Source: a virus
Reading direction: 5' to 3' (one strand)
Virus record (IMG/VR): IMGVR_UViG_3300044764_000010
Coordinates: 1-60,525 of that record
Length of the DNA stretch: 60,525 bases
Both the position numbers and the translations under genes were made by a program. The notes under the pieces were generated by a model. That model was not told where the DNA came from, searched no databases, and saw only the letters and a program-made list of their open reading frames with translations. Positions 43,640 through 50,331 of this stretch are shown here, piece by piece (the stretch's first letter is position 1; each line of letters starts with the position of its first letter).

Positions 43640-44076
43640 CCAGCAAGAAGACCAGCCGCAAGCGCGCCAAGGTCCGGCGCCCCAACCACGCGTTCCGCCG
43701 CGCCGTCGCCTCCAAGCTCGCCGCGGCCGCCGAGAAGACCAAGAGCAAGACCACGGTCGTACGCAGCGCCAAGGCCGAGGCCGCCTACAAGATGACGCCC
43801 GAGGAGCGCAAGCTCGCCCTCGCGGGGAACATCGACCGGTCGAAACTCGCGTGGACCGACACGCTCACCGAGGAGGACCGCGAGGAGTACTTCGCTGACT
43901 TCGGGGCCGGCTCGGGCGTCACGTTCTGGCTCTGGCCCGATGAAACCAAGGACCTCGCCGAGGCCGCCATCGATGCCGCGATTGAGCAGTACGGCGTCTA
44001 TGCGGCCACCTGGACCCCGCACGCCATCGAGGCTCGCAACGGGCCCGCCCTCGCCGTTCTGCCCAATCCGATCTAG
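43636..44076 (+). CDS. hypothetical protein with basic N-terminus (146 aa)
   Basis: ATGA overlap, in the frame of track ORF 42988-44076, whose upstream part is junk. Confidence 0.7.
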   Translation: MTSKKTSRKRAKVRRPNHAFRRAVASKLAAAAEKTKSKTTVVRSAKAEAAYKMTPEERKLALAGNIDRSKLAWTDTLTEEDREEYFADFGAGSGVTFWLWPDETKDLAEAAIDAAIEQYGVYAATWTPHAIEARNGPALAVLPNPI

Positions 44077-44089
44077 GAGAAGCACGCCC

Positions 44090-44332
44090 ATGCCCGAGGA
44101 GATTTTCGAGGTACCCGCCGGCGCGATGAACATCATCGAGGTCGACCTGTCCGAGATCACGCGCCACTCGGTGGACGAGGAGGGTGTGACCACCACGCCC
44201 GCGTACCTGCTGGACCTTTTGATCGTGCCGCACGGCGAGGTGCACCCGCTCGGGCGCGCCTCGTTCGTGGTCGATCGCGATGAGCTCGCCGCCATCGTCG
44301 CCGGCATCGTCGAGGGGATGGCCCTGTCGTGA
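44090..44332 (+). CDS. hypothetical protein (80 aa)
   Basis: ATG after aggaga. Confidence 0.65.
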   Translation: MPEEIFEVPAGAMNIIEVDLSEITRHSVDEEGVTTTPAYLLDLLIVPHGEVHPLGRASFVVDRDELAAIVAGIVEGMALS

Positions 44333-44697
44333 TCGCCGACGAATTCGACCTGTCCGGCGCGGTGTGTGCGCAGACGGACGCCGAGGTGTTCTTCCCTGAG
44401 AAGGGCGGGCAACACACGCTCCCGAAGTCGATGTGCCTCGGTAGACCCGAGGGACATCGACGCACGCCGCCGTGCCCCTGCCGCTTCACGTGCTTGCTCA
44501 TCGCGCTCGAGCACCGTGACCCCTACGGCGTCTGGGGTGGCATGAGCGAGAAGGAACGCCGCGCGTTGGCCCGCGAGCCACTGCAGGGCTGCGAGCCGCC
44601 GCCCCCGCCGGTCCAGCGCCGGCCGACGTGCACGCGCGGCAGGGCGCAGATCCACCCGTTGTCGAACGGCCGCCGTAACCACGCCACCCGAGTCTAG
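44329..44697 (+). CDS. divergent WhiB-like protein with extra Cys cluster and long Pro/Arg tail
   Basis: GTGA overlap. Contains CAQTDAEVFFPE...MCLG...PPCPCRFTC...DPYGVWGGMSEKERR. Confidence 0.65.
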   Translation: MIADEFDLSGAVCAQTDAEVFFPEKGGQHTLPKSMCLGRPEGHRRTPPCPCRFTCLLIALEHRDPYGVWGGMSEKERRALAREPLQGCEPPPPPVQRRPTCTRGRAQIHPLSNGRRNHATRV

Positions 44698-44700
44698 GAC

Positions 44701-44729
44701 TTGTGTCCCCCCATTTCGGGGGGTACGAT
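44701..44729 (+). promoter_or_regulatory. canonical dyad-spacer promoter (TTGTGT-C6-ATTTC-G6-TACGAT)
   Basis: Starts 4 nt after the whiB-like stop. About 25-nt leader before the ATG at 44761. Confidence 0.7.
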
Positions 44730-44760
44730 TCCGAGGTACCCGCGAGAGAGTGAGCACCAC

Positions 44761-44913
44761 ATGCCCAAGGCACCCGTCCTTACCGCCGAGGAGCGCAAGG
44801 AGATCCGCGCTACCCATCGCGTCATCGAGAGCAACCGCTCCTCGGCCGACAAGCAGGCCACCGCCCGAGGCATCCGCCCGGACTCCGTGCGCGACGTTCG
44901 TCGGGCCACCTGA
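44761..44913 (+). CDS. small HTH-like protein (50 aa)
   Basis: In-frame ATG of track ORF 44701-44913. LTAEERKEIRATHRVIESNRSSADKQATARGI. Confidence 0.5.
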   Translation: MPKAPVLTAEERKEIRATHRVIESNRSSADKQATARGIRPDSVRDVRRAT

Positions 44914-45059
44914 TGAGTTGGTGGATGCGCAAGATCGCCGAAATGCTCCGCTGCCCCGACTGCGGGCATGACGAGGCCGACCCGGAATGCGAGTGCGCCG
45001 ATGACCTGTGCGCGTGCAACCCGGACAACATCGAAGACGCCAAGAACAGGGAGGAATGA
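44913..45059 (+). CDS. hypothetical Cys-rich small protein (48 aa)
   Basis: Unlisted ORF with TGATG overlap. MSWWMRKIAEMLRCPDCGHDEADPECECADDLCACNPDNIEDAKNREE. Confidence 0.45.
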   Translation: MSWWMRKIAEMLRCPDCGHDEADPECECADDLCACNPDNIEDAKNREE

Positions 45060-45454
45060 TCGTGGTCTGGACCAAGCTCAAGGGCCGACACAAGAAGTGC
45101 ATCAAGCCGGCGCTATGGATCGCGTCCGTCGGTGACGAGTGGCTGTGTGACGCCAAGCTCGGCGGCCCGATGAACCTGCGTTGCACCAAGACGTGGCGCG
45201 TCGGCAGGGGATCCGACGGCAGCAAGATGTGGACCGAGGTTGGCCCTGCCGCGCCGTGCACGCCGGACGTGACGGCTGAGTTCGCCGAGACGTACGCGGC
45301 CATGATCGTCCCCAAGGGCGAGGCGCTCTACTGGCTCACCGATTCGTTGCCCGTGCTCAAGGTCAAGCCCGAATGCGTAGGACACGCGGGATGGGACGCC
45401 ACCGTGGTCCTTGACGCGTTGCTCGAGCACTACGACGTGGTGAGGCGTCCGTGA
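45056..45454 (+). CDS. hypothetical protein (132 aa)
   Basis: ATGA overlap. Confidence 0.65.
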   Translation: MIVVWTKLKGRHKKCIKPALWIASVGDEWLCDAKLGGPMNLRCTKTWRVGRGSDGSKMWTEVGPAAPCTPDVTAEFAETYAAMIVPKGEALYWLTDSLPVLKVKPECVGHAGWDATVVLDALLEHYDVVRRP

Positions 45455-45981
45455 CCGCCTCCACCGGAACCCGCAACCCGTACGCCTGGATTGCCACCAT
45501 CGCCGTGCTCGATCGGCCCACCGATGAGGACGGCCCGAAACGGCAGCTCTCCTCGCAGGCCGGCCCCGCGGCATGGTCCCTCGAGGGTGCGCCGACCCTG
45601 CTCTACTCGATGCCGCCGCGGATGGTGAACGGCCGCGGCCACCACGGCGCGGCGCGCGTCGGGATCATGACCGGCTGCATTCGCATCGGTGACCTCCTCG
45701 TTGCCGAGGGCACGATCAGCCCGCTCGACCTCAAGCAGGCCCACCCCGGACTCCTCGAGCGGTTCATGGAGCGCAAGCCGCTCGCGTGCGGGATCGACGT
45801 GCGCAGCCACCAGGAGCCCAAGCTCATCCCGAACGGCATCGAGTTCGTGAGCTGGAAACTCACCGGGCTCACCCTGCATGACGACGACGATGACGTTTCG
45901 TGGGACGAACTCGTGTTCGTACGTAACGACCTCGAGGCATGGAAGACCCTGACCGAGCTTGTGAAAGGACGGACCGAATGA
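45451..45981 (+). CDS. hypothetical protein resembling the core of the prohead protease encoded at 53493
   Basis: GTGA overlap. By eye, WIATIAVLDRPTDEDG...GHHGAARVG...LACGIDV parallels CLAVEGIETADGR...GGHAKAEVMG...GNSIDL. Confidence 0.6.
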   Translation: MTASTGTRNPYAWIATIAVLDRPTDEDGPKRQLSSQAGPAAWSLEGAPTLLYSMPPRMVNGRGHHGAARVGIMTGCIRIGDLLVAEGTISPLDLKQAHPGLLERFMERKPLACGIDVRSHQEPKLIPNGIEFVSWKLTGLTLHDDDDDVSWDELVFVRNDLEAWKTLTELVKGRTE

Positions 45982-46133
45982 GTGGCACCAGAGTGTGGAT
46001 CTCGCCCGACGGCGAGGCGATCCGCTACCAGTTTGAGACCGAGGACCACCACGAGGTGAGCGCCTACAACGAGGGCGAGACTTGGGTGGATGGCGTTCCG
46101 GCTGGCTGGACCGAGCTCACCGCCGGTCAATGA
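45978..46133 (+). CDS. hypothetical small protein (51 aa)
   Basis: ATGA overlap. Confidence 0.5.
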   Translation: MSGTRVWISPDGEAIRYQFETEDHHEVSAYNEGETWVDGVPAGWTELTAGQ

Positions 46134-46465
46134 CCGAGGGCATCCACCCGCCGGCCGAGACCGTGCCCGAGGGTGCGTACCCGCCGAACCTCGCCGAGAT
46201 TGAGCGGATGGCGTTCCGGCTGTGCTGGGAGGCTCTGGCCCGCGCGATCGCCGACGTAGAGCGGAACGTGGACGGGCCGAGCTGCGCCGGATACGCCGAG
46301 GAGCGGGGCCATTGCGGCGGCTGCCCGGATTGCATGATGGCGCAGGCTGCCTACTCCTACGAATGGTCGCTCGATCACGTCCGCGAGTACTGGATCAACT
46401 TCGCCAACGCCTGGCAGGAGGAGAAGAATCTCAATGCCGCTGCCCGACATACGCCCAACGCTTAA
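46130..46465 (+). CDS. hypothetical protein (111 aa, CGGCPDC motif)
   Basis: ATGA overlap. Confidence 0.65.
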   Translation: MTEGIHPPAETVPEGAYPPNLAEIERMAFRLCWEALARAIADVERNVDGPSCAGYAEERGHCGGCPDCMMAQAAYSYEWSLDHVREYWINFANAWQEEKNLNAAARHTPNA

Positions 46466-47111
46466 CCCGCTCGAGCGCGGTCCGGCGCCGCACTGCGCCA
46501 TCCACGGGGAGCCCGAGCCTGACCTCGAGGGCGACTACCACGCGTGCGGCGAGTGCTGGCACGTCTGGCGTACCCGCGAGGCGTTCGATGCCGACTGTCG
46601 CGCGCTGGTCGAACAGCTCAACAACGTCCCGGACGAATGGAACGGGGGCGAGCGGGTCCAGTGGGACGCTGCCACGATCGGCGACTCATGTTGTCCGTTG
46701 TGCTCGCACGACTGGATGATCGAGCCGTGGCCAGTTCTGCCGATCACGCGGCGTCTTGCGCCGGCGCTTCCCCGAGCAGCCGAGGCCATGATCGACCTCG
46801 CCCATCAGGCGGGATGGAGCCTCTCGGTTACGTGGGCCGAGTGGCGCGATCGCGTTCCCGAGGTCCACGTAACCGTGGACAACGGCGAGCACCGAGCGGG
46901 GATGAACTGGTCCGCGCGATACCTCAACCTGTTCCAGCGCGAGGCGTTCGGCGGCCTGATGGACGATGTCACCGGCCTCTCGTTGCACTTCCACGATGCG
47001 TGGCATGTGCCGCACGACCTTCACCCGCGGCCGGTCTCCCTGCGAGGGGTCCAGACGTTGATTAAAAACAACCGAGTGGCACTACCGAAAGTGAGCCCAC
47101 TGACATGGTGA
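46434..47111 (+). CDS. hypothetical zinc-finger-like protein (225 aa)
   Basis: aggaggag RBS. Contains CAIHG...CGECWHVW...CCPLCSHDW. Confidence 0.7.
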   Translation: MPLPDIRPTLNPLERGPAPHCAIHGEPEPDLEGDYHACGECWHVWRTREAFDADCRALVEQLNNVPDEWNGGERVQWDAATIGDSCCPLCSHDWMIEPWPVLPITRRLAPALPRAAEAMIDLAHQAGWSLSVTWAEWRDRVPEVHVTVDNGEHRAGMNWSARYLNLFQREAFGGLMDDVTGLSLHFHDAWHVPHDLHPRPVSLRGVQTLIKNNRVALPKVSPLTW

Positions 47112-47638
47112 ACGAACCAACGGCGCAGCCGCCAGCGATGGATATCGAGGGACACGCGGCGTTCCTGTACGGCACGGCCAATGGGCAGCTCCCCGTGGAC
47201 CGAGTCGGTATCTCGATGGCATGGGCCGGCGCCAAGACGGACGACAAGAACCAGTACCGGGAGCAGGCCCGGCAGGAGCTCGCCGCGGCGGCCAAGCGGT
47301 CCGGCGATCACGACGCCATGAAAGCGCTCCACGAGGCCGCGGTCACTGCGACCGGCGGCCGCACGATGGCCGCAATGGACTCGCTCACCGAGCCGGCCCG
47401 CGAGATGGCGTTGCGTTCCGCGGCCGCTGACCAGATGGCCCAATCGCCCGATTGGCGCTCCCTGATCGTGGCAGCCGAGGACCGGACTAAAGCGCTCAAG
47501 GAACTCCTCGAGCTCGTGGACGCGATCGGCGACGACTACACGGTTGAGGACGATCAACTCGCCAGGCTCAACGCCGCGGCCGCACAGGTCCGCGAGTTGC
47601 ACGGGCTGCGAACACCACCCCCGGAGCGGGGGGTGTGA
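47105..47638 (+). CDS. hypothetical helical protein (177 aa)
   Basis: Track ORF. Confidence 0.7.
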   Translation: MVNEPTAQPPAMDIEGHAAFLYGTANGQLPVDRVGISMAWAGAKTDDKNQYREQARQELAAAAKRSGDHDAMKALHEAAVTATGGRTMAAMDSLTEPAREMALRSAAADQMAQSPDWRSLIVAAEDRTKALKELLELVDAIGDDYTVEDDQLARLNAAAAQVRELHGLRTPPPERGV

Positions 47639-47644
47639 TACGCT
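47616..47644 (+). promoter_or_regulatory. hairpin (C5G-GAG-CG6) plus 5 nt plus TACGCT box at the end of the 47105 gene
   Basis: Same hairpin-N5-TACGCT layout as 42079-42106. Faces a 230-nt non-coding gap. Confidence 0.35.
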
Positions 47645-47774
47645 AGCGAAGCGATGTTTCGATAGTGCCTGACCGGCTAGCTCACTCAGTGATCCGGGCT
47701 GCAGCTCCTAGAGCAGGCAGACCGGAAATACCTGCAGCTGACTGCCCCTCACGTACTCCCTCCAAACCTCTCGC

Positions 47775-47824
47775 CAGAGAACCCCGGGTCACGCCTCCTA
47801 GAGGATGTGGACCGGGGTTCTCTG
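47775..47824 (+). terminator. 13-bp stem hairpin with structured 24-nt loop
   Basis: cagagaaccccgg / ccggggttctctg. No U-tract. Confidence 0.45.
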
Positions 47825-47833
47825 CGTGTACCC

Positions 47834-47863
47834 CTCCCCCAAACCGGGGGGAGAGACTAGGAT
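47834..47863 (+). promoter_or_regulatory. variant element: hairpin CTCCCCC-AAACCG-GGGGGAG, 4 nt, TAGGAT; leaderless geometry
   Basis: TAGGAT is at 47858-47863. ATG at 47870 (+7). The hairpin sits where a -35 box would be. Confidence 0.45.
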
Positions 47864-47869
47864 GACGCG

Positions 47870-48208
47870 ATGGACACCGAACCGATTACCACTTACGCCT
47901 CCTGGCATCCCGCCACCGTGCTCCTGCCGGACCGCTCGGTTCTCCATCGCACCCGGGTCTACGCCACCGATCAGGGGCTCAAGGTGTTCACGCGCCGGCC
48001 CGAGGATGGCGTTTCACCGCAGTGGGAATCGCTCATCGTGTTCGCCGAGACCTCCAAGCCGGACCTGACCGTCCGCAACAACGGGGTCGACTTCCAGACC
48101 GAGGACGGCCTTGTGGTCGTCACCCCGATGGGCGCGTGCAAGTGCGGCGGCCTCGGGCGCTGGATCCCGAAGTGGGCAAGCAACGTAGCCGAGTGGCCGG
48201 CAGCATGA
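47870..48208 (+). CDS. hypothetical protein (112 aa)
   Basis: Track ORF. Confidence 0.7.
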   Translation: MDTEPITTYASWHPATVLLPDRSVLHRTRVYATDQGLKVFTRRPEDGVSPQWESLIVFAETSKPDLTVRNNGVDFQTEDGLVVVTPMGACKCGGLGRWIPKWASNVAEWPAA

Positions 48209-48363
48209 TCCTCGGCCTGCTCAACCGCCTCGGCGCCCTGTCCTACCGGATCAAGGGCGGCTCATGGTGCCGGCATAACCGGTGGACCGAGTGGTACCTC
48301 GTGGACCTCGGGCGCCGCAAGATCCGCCACTGCAAGGGCTGCCACTGGATGGAAACCACGTGA
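48205..48363 (+). CDS. hypothetical small Cys-rich protein (52 aa)
   Basis: ATGA overlap. Confidence 0.5.
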   Translation: MILGLLNRLGALSYRIKGGSWCRHNRWTEWYLVDLGRRKIRHCKGCHWMETT

Positions 48364-48584
48364 GCCCGTGGATCCGGGACGAGGCCAAGCCCGAGCACAC
48401 CTGCCCGTTGCCGCTCCTCTGGCTGCGCAAGCCGGGCCGGCGGTGGCAGTGCCCGACCTGCCGCACCGTGTGGATCATCGAGACCTACGCCGCGTTCGGC
48501 GGTGACGGCGGCCGGATGTGGATGTCCGAACAGCGCGCCATCGAGAGCGGCCTCGTGACCGACCCCAACCGAAAAGGATCATGA
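48360..48584 (+). CDS. hypothetical zinc-ribbon-like protein (74 aa)
   Basis: GTGA overlap. Contains CPLP...CPTC. Confidence 0.55.
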   Translation: MSPWIRDEAKPEHTCPLPLLWLRKPGRRWQCPTCRTVWIIETYAAFGGDGGRMWMSEQRAIESGLVTDPNRKGS

Positions 48585-48997
48585 TGGTATCCGTCCACAA
48601 TCCGCCGGCCTGCCCGAACGGGCTATGCGGCCACGCCGAGCACGAGGTGAACGTCCAGAAGAACCAGCACTTGGGCTACACCTGCACGACCGCGGGGTGC
48701 AGGTGCAAGCCGCGGCTCTGCCCCGAAGACGGCGCCGTGCTGGTCGGGATTCAGTGGGTGATCGGCCACTTCCCGACCTATCACCACGCGGACGGCAAGG
48801 CTCATGAGGGCACGCCGCCGCTCCTCGCTACCAAGCTCTACGTCACCAAGCTGGACGAGGACGGCCGACCAACGGGCGAGAGCTTCGCATCGGACGCTGA
48901 TGTGGAGATCCGTATCCTGCCGGACCCGGACACCTCGCGCCCGATCGTGCGTGTCTACGACGAACGCCGGCTCACCGGAATGGAGATCACCCCGTGA
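48581..48997 (+). CDS. hypothetical Cys-rich protein (138 aa)
   Basis: ATGA overlap. Confidence 0.65.
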   Translation: MMVSVHNPPACPNGLCGHAEHEVNVQKNQHLGYTCTTAGCRCKPRLCPEDGAVLVGIQWVIGHFPTYHHADGKAHEGTPPLLATKLYVTKLDEDGRPTGESFASDADVEIRILPDPDTSRPIVRVYDERRLTGMEITP

Positions 48998-49236
48998 CGC
49001 AGCCCGAAGTGACGCGCGTCGACACGCGAGACCTGCAGCTCACCACGTGGCAGCTCCTCAAGGGACCGGCCTCGCGCATCGTCGCAGACGAGGACATCAT
49101 GGCGCGCATCGTGCACGTCCCTACCGGAATGCAGGCCGAGGGGTACGGGCGCGACGACAACCGCGCGATCGTCAAGGCGTACGAGGCGCTGGTCCTCGCG
49201 ATGGCTGCCAAGCTGCCCGAGGGCGAGAGCACGTGA
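48994..49236 (+). CDS. hypothetical protein (80 aa)
   Basis: GTGA overlap. Confidence 0.6.
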   Translation: MTQPEVTRVDTRDLQLTTWQLLKGPASRIVADEDIMARIVHVPTGMQAEGYGRDDNRAIVKAYEALVLAMAAKLPEGEST

Positions 49237-49892
49237 AGACCTGCCCGTGCGGTCACCGGCCGGAACAGCACCCGCCGGCAGGGGTCCTCGCGGCCTTCCG
49301 CGCGAGTCCGGCACCGAACGCCTACAGCTGTACGGGCCCGGGGTGCTCCTGCCTCATGTCGGCAGAGCAGGCCCGCGAGTCGCTCGTGGAGACCCTCGAT
49401 GTGACCAGTGGACAGATAGAGGACAAAACCATGACCGTAGGCATGTACCGCCGGCTCCTCGTCCAGATGATCGCCTCCGACGCTGCTTGCCCGTCACTGG
49501 CCTGCCCGGTGACGATGATGGGTCACCTCCTGGCGGGAGTGGACGAACACCTGTTGCCCCTGATCAAGGAGTGCGACCCCGCCGAGCCGACGTTCCGGCC
49601 GCTTGGTGCTCGCGTGCCGGACGACGGCGTCAATCGGATCACCACGCCGGACACGCTCAAGATGGTCCGCGAGGCCCTCTGCGTCGCGCAACACGGCCTC
49701 GGCTACCTCCATGACCGGAACGCCGACCGTCACCGCGAGCTCCTCGGCCGGCTCATCGAGGGCATCGACCAGCAACGTCCGCTCGGGCCGGACGGCAAGC
49801 ACGGCCACCTCCACACCATCACGTGCGGCTGCGAGGACAAGCCGACCGGGTGGACCACCTTCGCGAAGCCGACAGAGGAGAACGAGGCGTGA
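49233..49892 (+). CDS. hypothetical Cys-rich protein (219 aa)
   Basis: GTGA overlap, in the frame of track ORF 48804-49892. Confidence 0.7.
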   Translation: MKTCPCGHRPEQHPPAGVLAAFRASPAPNAYSCTGPGCSCLMSAEQARESLVETLDVTSGQIEDKTMTVGMYRRLLVQMIASDAACPSLACPVTMMGHLLAGVDEHLLPLIKECDPAEPTFRPLGARVPDDGVNRITTPDTLKMVREALCVAQHGLGYLHDRNADRHRELLGRLIEGIDQQRPLGPDGKHGHLHTITCGCEDKPTGWTTFAKPTEENEA

Positions 49893-49895
49893 TCA

Positions 49896-50048
49896 GTGGG
49901 CGAGCACAGACGTGGCTACGTGGACGAGGACACGGCGATCAAGCGCGCGCGCTTAGGCGGCTACATCGGCGGATGCTTAACGACTATCGCGGTATGGAGC
50001 CTCGCCCTGTGGGGGGCCGACCTGTGGACGTGGCTGTGGATGCGGTAG
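49896..50048 (+). CDS. candidate small membrane protein (50 aa)
   Basis: Unlisted ORF. VGEHRRGYVDEDTAIKRARLGGYIGGCLTTIAVWSLALWGADLWTWLWMR. Competes with the 5' extension of the DUF1360 ORF. Confidence 0.3.
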   Translation: MGEHRRGYVDEDTAIKRARLGGYIGGCLTTIAVWSLALWGADLWTWLWMR

Positions 50049-50311
50049 CGATCTACCGGATCACTCGGCTCCTGCAGGTCGACTCGATCACCGAGCCGCT
50101 ACGGGCCAAGGTCCTTGCCCGATGGGGTGGCCACAAGTACGCCGCGCTGATCGACTGCCCATGGTGCCTGTCGGTCTGGATCGCCGGCGCCGCGGTCCTC
50201 GCTCGGTCCGTGTCCCCGCGTACGTGGGACCTGTTCGCGCGCGTCATGGCATTCTCGGCAGTGGCCGGCCTGATCACCGAGACGGTCGATCGGATGGAGA
50301 ACGACGACTAA
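49994..50311 (+). CDS. DUF1360-like membrane protein
   Basis: Contains AIYRITRLLQVDSITEPLRAKV...LIDCPWCLSVWIA. Start uncertain: ATG at 49994, or GTG at 50024, 50030 or 50036. Confidence 0.6.
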   Translation: MEPRPVGGRPVDVAVDAVAIYRITRLLQVDSITEPLRAKVLARWGGHKYAALIDCPWCLSVWIAGAAVLARSVSPRTWDLFARVMAFSAVAGLITETVDRMENDD

Positions 50312-50331
50312 AGCGAGGGAGTGACCACTTA

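Noticed and set aside
47665-47865. Track ORF 47665-47865 (+) as a protein gene filling the non-coding gap.
   Set aside because: It has a GTG start without an RBS, a Pro/Arg/Ala-rich translation, and spans hairpins and repeats. It is more consistent with non-coding sequence.
47639-47869. A tRNA gene in the non-coding gaps at 47639-47869 and 24086-24424.
   Set aside because: There is no T-loop-like GGTTCGAATCC-type sequence, and I could not find a cloverleaf with acceptor and anticodon arms by eye.
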